The position numbers were made by a program, and so were the translations under genes. From the human T2T-CHM13v2.0 reference genome, Homo sapiens, in the NCBI RefSeq assembly GCF_009914755.1, contig NC_060938.1: a stretch of 64,000 bases of DNA, one strand, 5' to 3'. The notes under the pieces were generated by a model that had not been told where the DNA came from, searched no databases, and saw nothing but the letters and a program-made list of their open reading frames with translations. Below, one piece after another: positions 46,393 to 58,400 of the stretch; position 1 is the stretch's first letter, and each line of letters begins with the position of its first letter.

Positions 46393-49300
46393 CCTCTTAT
46401 TTTTTAAATAAAAAATCTAGGAATATTCAATAAGTGTGAGATTATCTGTGTGTGGTTTTGAATTACAGTTTTCTAATGAATAGTTTATTTTGAGGACCTT
46501 ATCTCTTATTTGTTGTTCGATTTTATGGCTGTGCAGAATTGTCTGTTCAGGTTCTTTGCAAAATATTAGATTGGATGCTTTTGCTACTTTGTAGTGTTTT
46601 TTGTGTACATGTTAGATGACAACTCCTCGTGAATTACATGATTGCCTGAAATTTTTGCCTAATCTATAGGATGCTTTTTAATTTGGAAAGTAGTTTTCTT
46701 TGATGTGCAGAAACTTTTCATGTTGACATAGTCCCATATATTTATTTTTGCGTTTCATGCATGTAATTTTTGTCACCCATATAAGAAAATATATATCAGT
46801 GACAAAGCATTTAATTGTCAATGAGGTTTTTCTTCTAGGGTGTTTGTTTATTTTCCTCTTTGCAAAGGTGAGCAGAGATTCAAGTGACCCAAAATATATG
46901 CTCATCCTGTGTTTTAGTTAAAAACATTTTGTGGTTTATGGTCTTTTGTTTTGCCTTCAATTTGGGGGAGGGGGTGTTCATTTTCATACATCGTGTAAAA
47001 TAAGGTCCTATTTCTCACTTCTGCATCTGAATATCATTTTTCTCAAAGGTACTCATTCTCTGCCTTCCACATTGCAGTGTTCTTTATCAAAGTCAGTTGA
47101 CTGTGTCCATATTTGTGTTGATCATGTTTTTGTTCTCCCTGTTTTTGTCCATAGTTTATGCAAGTATCATATATCAGCTGTATAACTACAACTTGGCAGT
47201 GTAATTTGATATTGAGGATTGTGGGTCTTCACTTTGTATTTCTGAGGATTCCTTTAGATATTCATTGCTTTTGTGGTTCCCTGTGATTTTTAGCAATACC
47301 TATTTATTTCTATTAACTTTTTTTCACAACATAAAGGTCCATAATTAGGGGTACATTTTCATACATATAGGTTGGGTAATGATCAAATCAGGGTACTTAG
47401 GATCTCTATTTGCTCGTCCAGGCATTTTTTTTTTTTTTTTTTTTTTTGTGGGGAGAACATTCAAAATTCTCCCTTCTTGCTCTAGAAAAATATGATATTG
47501 TTTACTCCAGTCACCAGGCTGAGGAGGAGAACTTCAGATTTATTCCTTTAATGTTAAGATAACTTTGTTTCCATAATCAATCCTTCCCCATTCCCCCTCT
47601 ATCTCCCAAACTCTGGTAACCAATATTGTGCTTTCTACTTCATTAAGATAAACATCTTAAGATTTCACGAGTGGTATCATGCAGTGTTTGTCTTTCTAGG
47701 CCTAGCTCATTACATTTAACATAATGTGTTCCAGGTTCATCTGTGTTGCTCTAAATGACACTGTTTCATTATTTTGATGGCTGGAGAATATTTCCTAGTG
47801 TATGTATATGAGAGTTTCTTGATCTCTTTATCTGTGGATGAACAGGTAGGTTGAATTTATACCCAGTAATGGGACTGCTAGATGATATGGTATTTCTTTT
47901 TTTCCTATTCTTTGCAAGACCTCCAACTGTTTTTTATAGTGTTAATACTAATTTATGTTTCCACAAACAGTTCCCCTTTCTGGAAATTCATACCAGGAAT
48001 TGTCTTTTTAAATATTTTGATCTTTTTGTAATGTTCATTCTATTGGAGTGAGATAAGATCTGAGTGTGGTTTTGATCTGCATTTTTCTCGTGAGTAGTAA
48101 TGTTAACCACGTTTTTGTAGACATTGGGTCAGTTTCCTGTCTTCTTTAGAAAAATATCTAATCCGGTTATTTGCCCAGTTTTTGTCTGGCAATTGTTCTG
48201 TTGTTTTTTTTTGTTTGTTTGTTTTTGTTTTTTTTTTGCCAGCTGGTAGTATGACTCGCTTGTACCTTTTCAAAAATAATCCCTTATCCCAAACTTGTAA
48301 TTTTTAGTGTGCCTTTTTATTTTCTTTATTGTTTCCTTTGTTGGGCACAAACGCTTCAGCTTGACGTGGTCCCACATGTGCATAATTTCTTGGTGGCTGT
48401 GCTGTTGGTTACTAATCAAGAAAAAACAAAATCACAAATCACTACCAAAGCAGTTCATTGTCAATAATTTTTTTCCCTTGTATTTTTGTTTACTTTTTGC
48501 GAACCCTAAGCATACATCCAAGTTGCCCTAAATATACGCACACCTGAGGTTGTCTTTATAGGAGCTTTATGGTTGCAAGTTTTGTGTATAATCTTTAATC
48601 ATTTTGAGTTGATTATTGTGTATCTAGTACCATAAGAGTCCTGTATTATTCTTTTGCATATGGATATCTAGTTTTGGAAATCTTCCCCGTTGTGTCATTT
48701 TGGTGGTGTTTTGAAAAATGTGTTCATTCCATATAAATTTTTGTTTATTATCGAGCACATTCATTTTGCTCACTGGTCTGTGTTTCTCTGTGTATGCCAG
48801 TAACGTATGGGTTTGTTAACTACAGATTTTCATTTAATTAGAACTCAGGGAATGTGACACATCCCATATGGTTTGTATTTCTCAGAATAACTTTGGAAAT
48901 TCAGGGTGTTTCACATTTCCACATAAATTTTGGCATTGTTTCTTTATATTTCTTAAAACACTATTTGTCATATACTAAATGTATACAATTAAAAGGTACA
49001 AGGAAGATTTTGATACGTGTATATGTTGAGTAATGATAAAATCAGGTTATTTAGCATCTCTTCATCTCATATAGTTATTATTTTTGAGTGGTAACAACAT
49101 TCAGAATCTTTCCTTCTAGCTACTTTGAAACATATGATACATTTGTGTTAAGGCTAGTCACCCTGCTGTGGAATAGAAGGCCAGAATTGATCAGTCTCAT
49201 CTGAGAGTAACTTTGTACCCATCACTGATTCCTTCTGAGACTGCCTCCACTTCCCCAGCAGCCTCTGGTAAGCCTTATTGAACTTTCCACTTCTAGAAGA

Positions 49301-51563
49301 TAAAGCTTTCTTCAGTCTGCATGCCTGAGATCACGTGGCATGGGACTTTCTCTACCAGCCTTATTCTTTGAACCTCATGTTCTTCAGGTTTCTTCATGTG
49401 GCTGCAGATGGCAGGATTTCCCAAAGGTTTCTGGCTGAAACATATTCCGTGGTGTATCTGTACAGCAGTTTCCTCATCCCTGCAGCTGTGTTTGAACAGG
49501 TAGGTTGGTTCTCTACCTTGGCCACAGTTAAGAGTGCTTTAGTACCCGTGGGAAGGCAGATAGCTCTCTTCAACCTAGGGACTTCAACTGCTTTAAATGT
49601 GGAACCAGTGGTGGGGCTGTTAGCTGACATGGTAGTTGTACTGTGAATTTTTTCAGAAACCTCTAGCTGTTTTTTATAGTGTGTATACTAATTTACATCC
49701 TCACCAATAGTGTTTAAGAGGTTACCTTTCTGTAAGTCTACACTGGATGTCACCTTCAAAAATTTGTGTTTTGTTTTTGGTAGTACTCATTCTGAGTGGA
49801 ATGAGACGGAATCTTAGTGTGGTTTTCATGGACATTTTTTTGTGAGGTTTAGTGATGTCGAGAAAGTTATTTGAGAAATCCCCACATTGCTTTCCATGGT
49901 GTCCGAACTAGTTTGCATTTCCACCAACAGCAGACCAGCATCCCTCCTCCTCTGCCTTGCTGGTGTTCATTCTTGTGGACTGTGTCATAATTGTCATTCA
50001 TCAGAATGTGTGAAATACTATCTCATGGGCCTTTAGCTTTGCATTTCTCTGATGATTCCTGAGGTAAAGCAATGATATCTTGTCTGTTGGTTGCTGTAAA
50101 CCTTCTTTTGAGATGCATGTTTTCATGCCCCTTACCCTTTCTTCATCGAGTTTTTGTTTTTCTGATTTATTTGCTTAATGTATTTGAGGTAGATCCTGGA
50201 TATTAGACTTCATCAGATGCGTATGTGGGAACATTTTCTCCCATTGTGTAGGCTGTCTGTTTACTGTGTTGGTAATTGCTTCTGCTGTGCAGCAGCTCTT
50301 TTGTGTATTAGGCCCCACTTGTCAATAATTGTTTTAGTTGCACTTGCTTTTGGGGACTTAGGCATAGACATGCTCTGCCAAATCCTCTGTCAAGAAGGGT
50401 ATTTCCAAGTTCTCTTGCAGGCTTCTCATAGTTTGAGGTCTTGTGTTTACATCTTTCATTCATCTTGAGTTAATTTCTGTGCAGGGTGAGACACAGGGGC
50501 CCACTGTTTTTCTTCTGCAACTGGCTAGCACTTTATCCTGGCACCATCTATTGAGAGGAGGGAGTCCTTTCTCCAAAGCTTATTTTTGTGGATTTTTTTG
50601 AAGATCAGATGGTGTTAGGGGTGTGGGTTTACATCTGGGTCCTCTAATCTGTTCCACTGCTCTGTGTGAAATGGGGTCCCTAGCTTTTCAATGAAAATTA
50701 AAATCGGGAAGTGTGACACAACCAATGTAGTGTGGACTTCTCAGGATTGCTTTAGAAATTCAGGGTGTTTTGTGGTCTGCATGAATTTTAGCATTGCATA
50801 TTTACATATTTTTTAAAAGGTTGGCCATATAGTAAAGGTATACAATGGGGGGAGTTAGAGTGGGGCATTTTGGTTAATGCAGACACAGAGGAATGTTAAA
50901 ATCAGGATATTTAGAGTCTCTGTTATCACAAACAGTTGTTAATTTATTTGTGGTGGAAACATTTGGAATCTTCTTTTCCAGATTTTGTGAAAAAGCTGTG
51001 ATGTTTTGTTAACCTCTGGTCACAGTGCTGTGGAACAGAGAGGAACAATTCATTGCTCTCATCTAAGTGTAATTTTGTACCTATTTCTGATCCCTGCCCA
51101 TGCCCCTGCTTCCTTCCAATCTCTGGAAACCACTGTTGTGCTCTCTAGATCTATTGCAATAAAGCCTTTTATTTTGGGTTCTACATGAGTGAGATGTGGC
51201 AATGTTTTTCTTTCTCTACCTGGTTCAGGTCATTTACCATGCTGTCCTCCAGGTTCAACAGTATGGCTCCAAAGGATGAAATTTCATTCTGATTTTCTGG
51301 CTGAAGACTATTCTCTTTGTGTATGTCCACCACAGTTACTTTATCCCTTCATCTGTGGATGGGCAGGTAAGTTTATTCCTTATCTTGGCGATTGTGAATA
51401 GTGCTGCAGTCCACATAGGATGGCTGATACCTCTTGCATAAACTGATTTCTTTGGCACTGAAAGTATACTTAGTAGTAGAATTGTTAGATGAAGTGGTAG
51501 TTGTAGGTTTAATTTTTGGAGGAACCTCCCACTGGTTTCTGTAGTATGTATACTAATTAACAT

Positions 51564-51855
51564 TCTTTTTTTTTTTGGATGGAGTCTCGCTGTATTGCCC
51601 AGGCTGGAGTGCAGTGGCATGATCTCAGCTCACTGCAAGCTCTGCTTCCTGGGTTCACGCCATTCTCCTGCCTCAGCCTCCTGAGTAGCTGGGATTACAG
51701 GCACCCGCCACCACGCCCAGGTAATTTTTTATACTTTTAGTAGAGACGGGGTTTCACCGTGTTAGCCGGGGTGGTCTCGATCTCCTGAACTCGTGATCTG
51801 CCGGCCTCGGCCTCCCAAAGTGCTGGGATTACAGGCGTGAGCCACCGTGCCCGGC
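51564..51855 (-). mobile_element. AluY, antisense, with ~20-bp TSD
   Basis: tgtatactaattaacattctt at 51547-51567 and 51856-51876. Confidence 0.95.
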
Positions 51856-52872
51856 TGTATACTAATTAACATTCTTACCAAATGAGTTTTTCTCTGGAAA
51901 TTTCCACCAGCATTTGTGTCTCTTTTAATATATTGTATCACTTTGATAACATCCATTTGAATTATAGTGAGATATGTGTGTTGTTTTGATTTATATCTTT
52001 CTCATGGTTTGTGATGTTATTCAAGTTTTTAAAACTTGTTTTCAATGTTATGTCTTTTTTGTAGAAATGTCTATTCAGGTTTTGTTTGGTTATTAGTTTC
52101 TCTTTTGTGTTTTTGCTAGTGAGTAGTGTTAGTTGCTTAGACATTTTGAAGACAGCCTTTTATCAGATGTATGTTTGTCGAAACGTTTCTTGTAGAATGA
52201 AACATATATGGAAATGTTCTGTGCAATCAAAACAGCAGTGGTAACAGAGGAGATGTAGGCTCTGAGTGTCTCACTGGAGACTGAAGTCCACAGATATGCA
52301 ACAAAGCCTTTGTCTCCCTGATGTTTTTGCCTCCTGCTGGTCATGTGCTTTCACACATCAAGAGAGGACATTTAACATTTGAGCCACAGTGTCATTTGCT
52401 GTTGTCTGATGGGTGAGATTTTTGCTGGCGTAATCCATATTGTCATATGTTCTTGGGGCCCACAAGATTATTCTTGGTCATCTAAGATGTTACTGACATC
52501 TTATCACCTTAAGATGTTGCTGACTTAATCACCTTCAACTGACTCCTATTCATTCTTTGAAATAAGCAGACACATGTTGTTTCAGTGATTCTTTCAGTTG
52601 GTGATTTGCCTGGTGCATTGCTGTGTGAGGTCACCTCCCGTCAAATGACCCACAGGTGGTAACAGTCTGTGAACAAACAGTTTACAGGAGGGACCAACCA
52701 TGTGCGGACGGACATGGGGTGGGTCATTTCAAAGTGAGGTAGTCAACCTGGGCCCTAGACTGGCACAGACAGAAGAAGCCACAATCCTTTAGAGAGAAAA
52801 AAATTACAAAGTATAAATATCCTTTGTTAAGAGAAATAGAGACCATTTTCAGAGGGCGTAATAGTATTAAAA

Positions 52873-53131
52873 TGTGTTCTCATTGTTCAGCTCCCACTTA
52901 CGAGCGAGAACATGCAGTGTTTGGTTTTCTGTTCCTGTGTTAGCTTGCTGAGGATGATGGCTTCCAGCTTCATCCCTGTCCCTGCAGAGGACTTGATCTC
53001 ATACCTTTTTATGGCTGTGTAGTATTCCATGATGTATATGTAGTACATTTTATTTTTCCAGTCTATCATTGATGGGCATATGGGTTGGTTCCAAGTCTTT
53101 ACCATTGTGAATAGTGCTGCTATAACCATAC
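52873..53131 (-). mobile_element. L1PA 3' fragment, antisense
   Basis: The minus-strand ORF IAALFTMVKTWNQPICPSMIDW is the L1 ORF2 C-terminus. Confidence 0.9.
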
Positions 53132-55470
53132 ATGGAGCAGATGGTTCTCAAAGCAAGATGGACCTCTGAGCAAGATGAGCTCCAAGCTTGATGGAGCTCA
53201 GAGCAGATGGAGCTCCAGGTGAGATGGAGCTCCGATTAATATGAAGCTCGGAGCAGATGTTTCTGAGTATGATGGAGCACCAAGCCTGTGGTCTCAGAGC
53301 AAGATGGAGCTCCGAGCAGATGGTACTCAGAGCCAGATGGAGCTAGGAGTGACTGGGGCTCTGAGCAAGGTGGAGCTCAGAACAGATGGTGCTCAGAGCA
53401 AGATGGAGCTTGGAGTGATTGGAGCTCCAAGCAAGATGGAGCTTGGAGCAGATGGAGCTCTTAGCAGATGGAACTCAGAGCACCATGGAGCATGGAGTGT
53501 CCAGCTCAGAGCAAATATAGCTCAGACAAGAAGGAGCTCCAAGCAAGATGGAGCTTGGAGCCGATGTTCCTCTGTGTAAGATGGAGCCCAGAGCAAGATA
53601 AAGCTTGGAGTCGTTGGAACTCTCAACAGTTCTCTGAGCAGTTGGAACTCTGAGCAAGATGGAGCTCTGAACAAGATGGTACTCAGAGCAGATGAAACTC
53701 TGAGCAATAAGGAGATCTAAGCAAGATGGAGCTTTGTGCAGATGTTGCTCAGTTTCAGATGGAGCTCAGAGCAGATGGTGCTCAGAGCATGATGGAGCTC
53801 AGAATGATTAGAGCTCCAAGCAAGATGGAGCTCAGAGAAGATTGAGCTTGGAGCAGATAGAGCTCTGAACAAAAAGGAGCTCCAAGCAAGATGGAACTTG
53901 GAGCAGATGTTGCTCGGTGTAAGATGGAGCTCAGAGCAGATGCTCGTAACAACATGGAGCTTGAAATGATTGGAACTTAAAAACTTTACTCTGGAGGATT
54001 GGAACTCTGAGCAGATAGTGATCAGAGCAAGATCAGCCTCGGAGTGATTAGAGCTTCGAGCACAATGGGGCTTGGAGCAGATGCAGCTCTGAGCAAGATG
54101 TAGCTCAGAAAACATGTTGCTCACAGTAAGATGTAGCTTGAGCAGATGGTGTTCAGAGCAAAATGATGCTGGAAGTAATTGGAGCTCTCAGCAAGCTGGA
54201 GCTCGGAGCAGATGGAGCTTGGAGCAAACGAAGTTCGGAGCAAGAAGGAGCTCTAAGCAAGATGGAGCTTGGGGCAAATGTTCCTCAGTTTCAGATGGAG
54301 TTCAGAACAGATGGTGCTCAGAGCAAGATGGAGCTCAGAGAACATGCTGCTTACAGTAAGATGGAGCTTCGAGCACATGATGCTCAGAACAAAATGGAGC
54401 TGGAAGTGATTGGAGATATCAGCAAGATGGAGCTAGAAGATGCAGCTCCGAGAATATGGAGCTCTGAGCAGAGGGTACTCAGAGCAAGATGGAGTTTGGA
54501 GGGATTGGAGCTCTGAGAAAGATGGAGCTTGGAGCAAATGGAGCTCTGAGTAAATGGAGCTCTGAGCAAAGTGGAGCTCAGAGTGATGGAAGCTCTAAAG
54601 CAAGATGGAGCTGGGAGTAGATGGAGCTTCAAGAAGATGGTGCTCAGAGCAAGATGGAGCTTGGAGTGATTGGATCTCCGAACCAGATGGAGCTCAGATC
54701 AGATAGACCTCTGAGCAAGAAGGAGCTCCAAACAAAATGGAACTTGGAGCAGATGTTGCTGGTGTAAGATGGAGCTCAGAGCAGATGGTACTCAGAGCAA
54801 GAGGGAGCTCAGAATGATTGGCACTCTGAACATGCTCTGAGCAATTGGAGCTCTGAGCAAGATGCAGCTCAGAGCAGACAGAGCTCTGAGCAAAAAAGGA
54901 GCTCTAAGCAAGATGGAGTTTGGAGGAGACGTTGCTTGGTTTTAGTTGGAGCTCAGAGCAAAACGGAGCCCACAGTGATTACAGCTCCAAGCAAGGTAGA
55001 GCTCAGAGCACATGTAGCTCAGAGTAAGATGAGCTCTGTCCACATGGTGCTCAGAGCAAAATGGAGCTAGAAGTGATTGGAGCTCCCAGCAAGATGGGGC
55101 TTGGAGTGATTGGAACTCCTAGCAAGATGGAGCTCAAAGTGGATGGATCTCTGACTAGATGGAGCTCTGAGTAAGATGAATGTCTATGCAGATGTTGCTC
55201 ACAGCAAGATAGTGCTTGGAGCGATTGGCACTTCGAGCAAGATGGAGCTTGGAGCAGATGGAGCTCTGAGCAAGATGGAGCTTGGAGTAGATAGAGCTTG
55301 GAGCAAGAAGGAGCTCCAAGCAAGATGGAGCTTGCAGCAGGTGCTTCTCAGTGTAAGATGGAGCTCAGAGAAGATGATGCTCAGAGCAAGGTTGAGCTCA
55401 GGGTGATTGGCACTCCAAACATTGCTCTGAGCCCATTGGAGCTCTGAGCAAGAAGGTGGGAAGTGAGCAA
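53132..55470 (+). repeat. Degenerate minisatellite of 16/17-bp subunits forming a 33-bp unit
   Basis: gagcaagatggagctca plus gagcagatggtgctca repeated over ~2.3 kb; ORFs show 11-aa repeats SKMELGADGAL. Confidence 0.92.
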
Positions 55471-55479
55471 GAAGGTGAA

Positions 55480-58400
55480 GAAGTGATACATTCCCACAGA
55501 ACATTACAAGTTTAGCGGAAGCTATTATTGAATGTAAAGAGAAGAATGCCCCAGAATTCTATGTGGATTGTCGGGACAATACTCATTTCTGTAATCAGGC
55601 CTACTTTCTTTTAAAAAGTTTATCATATCAAACCTCACAAGGACAACCAGAACTCTGCGATATCCACTCTACAAACCTCAGACCCCTACAGTGTAGTAAA
55701 GGTGGCAGCCAAGATAGAAAGACAGAAACACACTGTTTGATGACCAGTCTTTGGAAGTTGAGACAGCAAATGTGGATTTACTCAGATTATTTTCCTGTTA
55801 GCACCTCCAGGTGTTATTTTGATGGTACTTTGCATTGGGCTGATGACACAATGGGGAAACATAAACTGCTGACGCTGGACTTCAGCAGTACAGTAACAGC
55901 CATGTGCAAGGCCATTGAAAAAGTAAAGACTGGTGGTTACATTGCCACGTGTTTTTCTGCATGGCATCATCATCTTAACTATGGACTTTATGTGCTTTCA
56001 CAGCAAGATGTTTCTAGTATTTAGAAATGGACCTTATGCATTGTATACTTCCTAAGAGCTTGGAAAGCTCTCACCCAGGTACTACCAAATGCCAGACATC
56101 TCTCTATGTGGGCCATTTTCTGCCACAGCCAGAATTCATTCTGGGTGACATGCTGTTCTTGGCTGCTAAGGAAGTGATGTGGGGGAGCCAGGTGTCTCTC
56201 GCTGTCTGTGAGTCTATGGGAAAAAGGAGAATACTGAAAGGCACTAAGTTTACTGCCATGTTTAGAGGAGCTTTGTCAAGGCAACACAAGAGTGTTGTAG
56301 TCCTTTGTGGCCAACACCAACCTGAGTTTTTACAGCAGTTGTTGCATAATGATCACAGTCACATTCAAGTTCACTTTCTAAATCTTAGGTTCTACAAAAA
56401 CTCTGTCTGATAATGTCCTATAGACCTTTCGGTAGCTAAAATCAATGAGTTTGAAAAATAATTTGAATTTGGCTTGCTCACCTTTTCAGCAGAATGCACT
56501 TGTGAGTCCTGCTCTGTCATTGTATTTTACATGTGTGGCTGTCCCTCTTGCTGTGTTGGAAGTCAGTGTTCCAGAATGTTAACTTCTACAAATACCTATG
56601 TATAGAGCAAAGAGAAAACTCTTCAAGTCAAAAGAGTGTATATTATTTCAGGGCAGCTCTCTAGCCTTGGATTTGAAACTATAGTATTTGTTACACAGAG
56701 AGAAGATGGTTCTTTTTTGTATTTTATTTTTAATGTTTGTGGGTACATAGTATTTATGGAGTACATGAGATGTTTTGACACGGGCATTCAATGTGAAAAA
56801 AAGCACATCCTAGAGAATGGGGTATCCCCTCAGTGATTCTTTGAGTTACAAATATTCCAATTACACTCTTTATGTTATTTTCAAATATATGATTAAGTTA
56901 TTATTGACTATAGTCACCTGGGTTTGCTATCAAATAGTAGGTTTTTATTATATATTATTTCTTTTTTGTTTTTTGTATCCATTAACAATTCCTGCCTCCC
57001 CCTCACTCTCTCACTACCCTTCCCAAGCTCTGGTAATCATCCTTCTACTCTCTACGTCCATGAGTTTAATTGTTTTTATTTTTAGATCCCGGAAATAAGC
57101 GAGAACACATGATGTTTGTATTTCTGTGCCTGGCTTATTTTTCTTGACATAATCATCTTCAGTTCCATCCATGTTGTTGCAAATGACAGGCTTTCATTTT
57201 TATGGCTGAATAGTACTCCACTGTGTATATGTACCACATTTTCTTCATTCATCTGTTGATGGACACTTAGGTTGCTTTCAAATATTAGTAATTGTAAACA
57301 GTGCTGCAGCAAACCTAGGAGTGCAGAAATCTCTTTGATATACTCATTTCCTTTCTTTTGGGTATATACCAAGCAGTGGGATTTTTGGATCATATGGTAG
57401 TATATCTGTTTTTTTTCAGGAAACTCCAAACTGTCCAAGGAGATAGTTCTGTTGTGATTACTTCATTGAGAAATTTAACTTATGAGCAGTTGAAAGGAAT
57501 GCAAGTTGCTGCAAAATCAGAATGAAGAGTGCAAAACGACTAAGCTACAATGTTTTGTCATTATTCACTCTGATGTGAAAAAGGCAGTGAATTTAATAGA
57601 AAATAACTTCGTAGAGCAAAATCTCAGGTGTGTTTTTTTAGTGCCGCAGTCTTGGATGATGGGTTCCTAGAAGCTCTCAACATCTCTTCTTAATTGGAGA
57701 AAGTGTTAAGCCCCAAAGTAGCTGGAGCAGTACATCTTCAATTTTTGACAAGAAAGCAGGAACTTGATTACTTTGAGTGCTATTCATTAGTTTCTGCTTT
57801 CATTGAGAATGCAACAAAAGCCAACTAGGCTGCTGCTAACTCCTTGCTGGACTTCTTCTGCCACTGTCACAGGAACTGTAATCTCACTGGACAATTAACT
57901 AGGGAGTCTTTCATCTTGAGTGACTGCTGCACAAATGATCTTCAAAGCATTTTAGCCACCAGAGGAATTCTCTTGAAATACCCAAAATCCATCAGTATCT
58001 TGAATCATGCTGGATTTTGAAGAATTCTTAACAAGCCATGTAAAGGGGGCTCTCTGGCCTTGAAATAGTGATGTTTTTTATACAGAAAGGAGAATGCAGA
58101 ATGGTCAGACTACCATGCACTGTTAAATTTGATTTCAAGAAATTACAGGAAAACTTTCCAAAGTTCCATCTCACAGAAATTATTTTTACAAAGAATTCCA
58201 AGATAAGTTTAGTTTTATGGAAGACTTTTATGTGGTTTTTACTCACTCTTCATCTCAGACATCAACAGATGATTACATCACTTATTTAGCTAGTAAATTT
58301 ATTAATATAAAAACTCAGAGACATTCCAATATCCACATTGCTTACACCATTAGGCATAGATTCAGTGTCAGCTATGACAATTGAAAATAAGCTGTTTTGT

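Larger units (their letters stand above)
45950..52190 (-). mobile_element. Head-to-tail tandem array of a diverged antisense L1M 3' fragment (period ~1.65-1.86 kb, 3-4 units)
   Basis: The same junction recurs: motif aatg.t.aaatcagg.ta.ttag at 47378, 49032 and 50892. Confidence 0.7.

Noticed and set aside
52196-52870. Upstream continuation of the PKS remnant before the minisatellite
   Set aside because: No PKS motifs found by eye in the frames tried; a profile search is needed to exclude it
53241-55504. ORFs with 11-aa SKMELGADGAL repeats as a repeat protein, or the array as CRISPR-like
   Set aside because: Frames break often, there are no unique spacers, and the DNA is eukaryotic; this is a minisatellite
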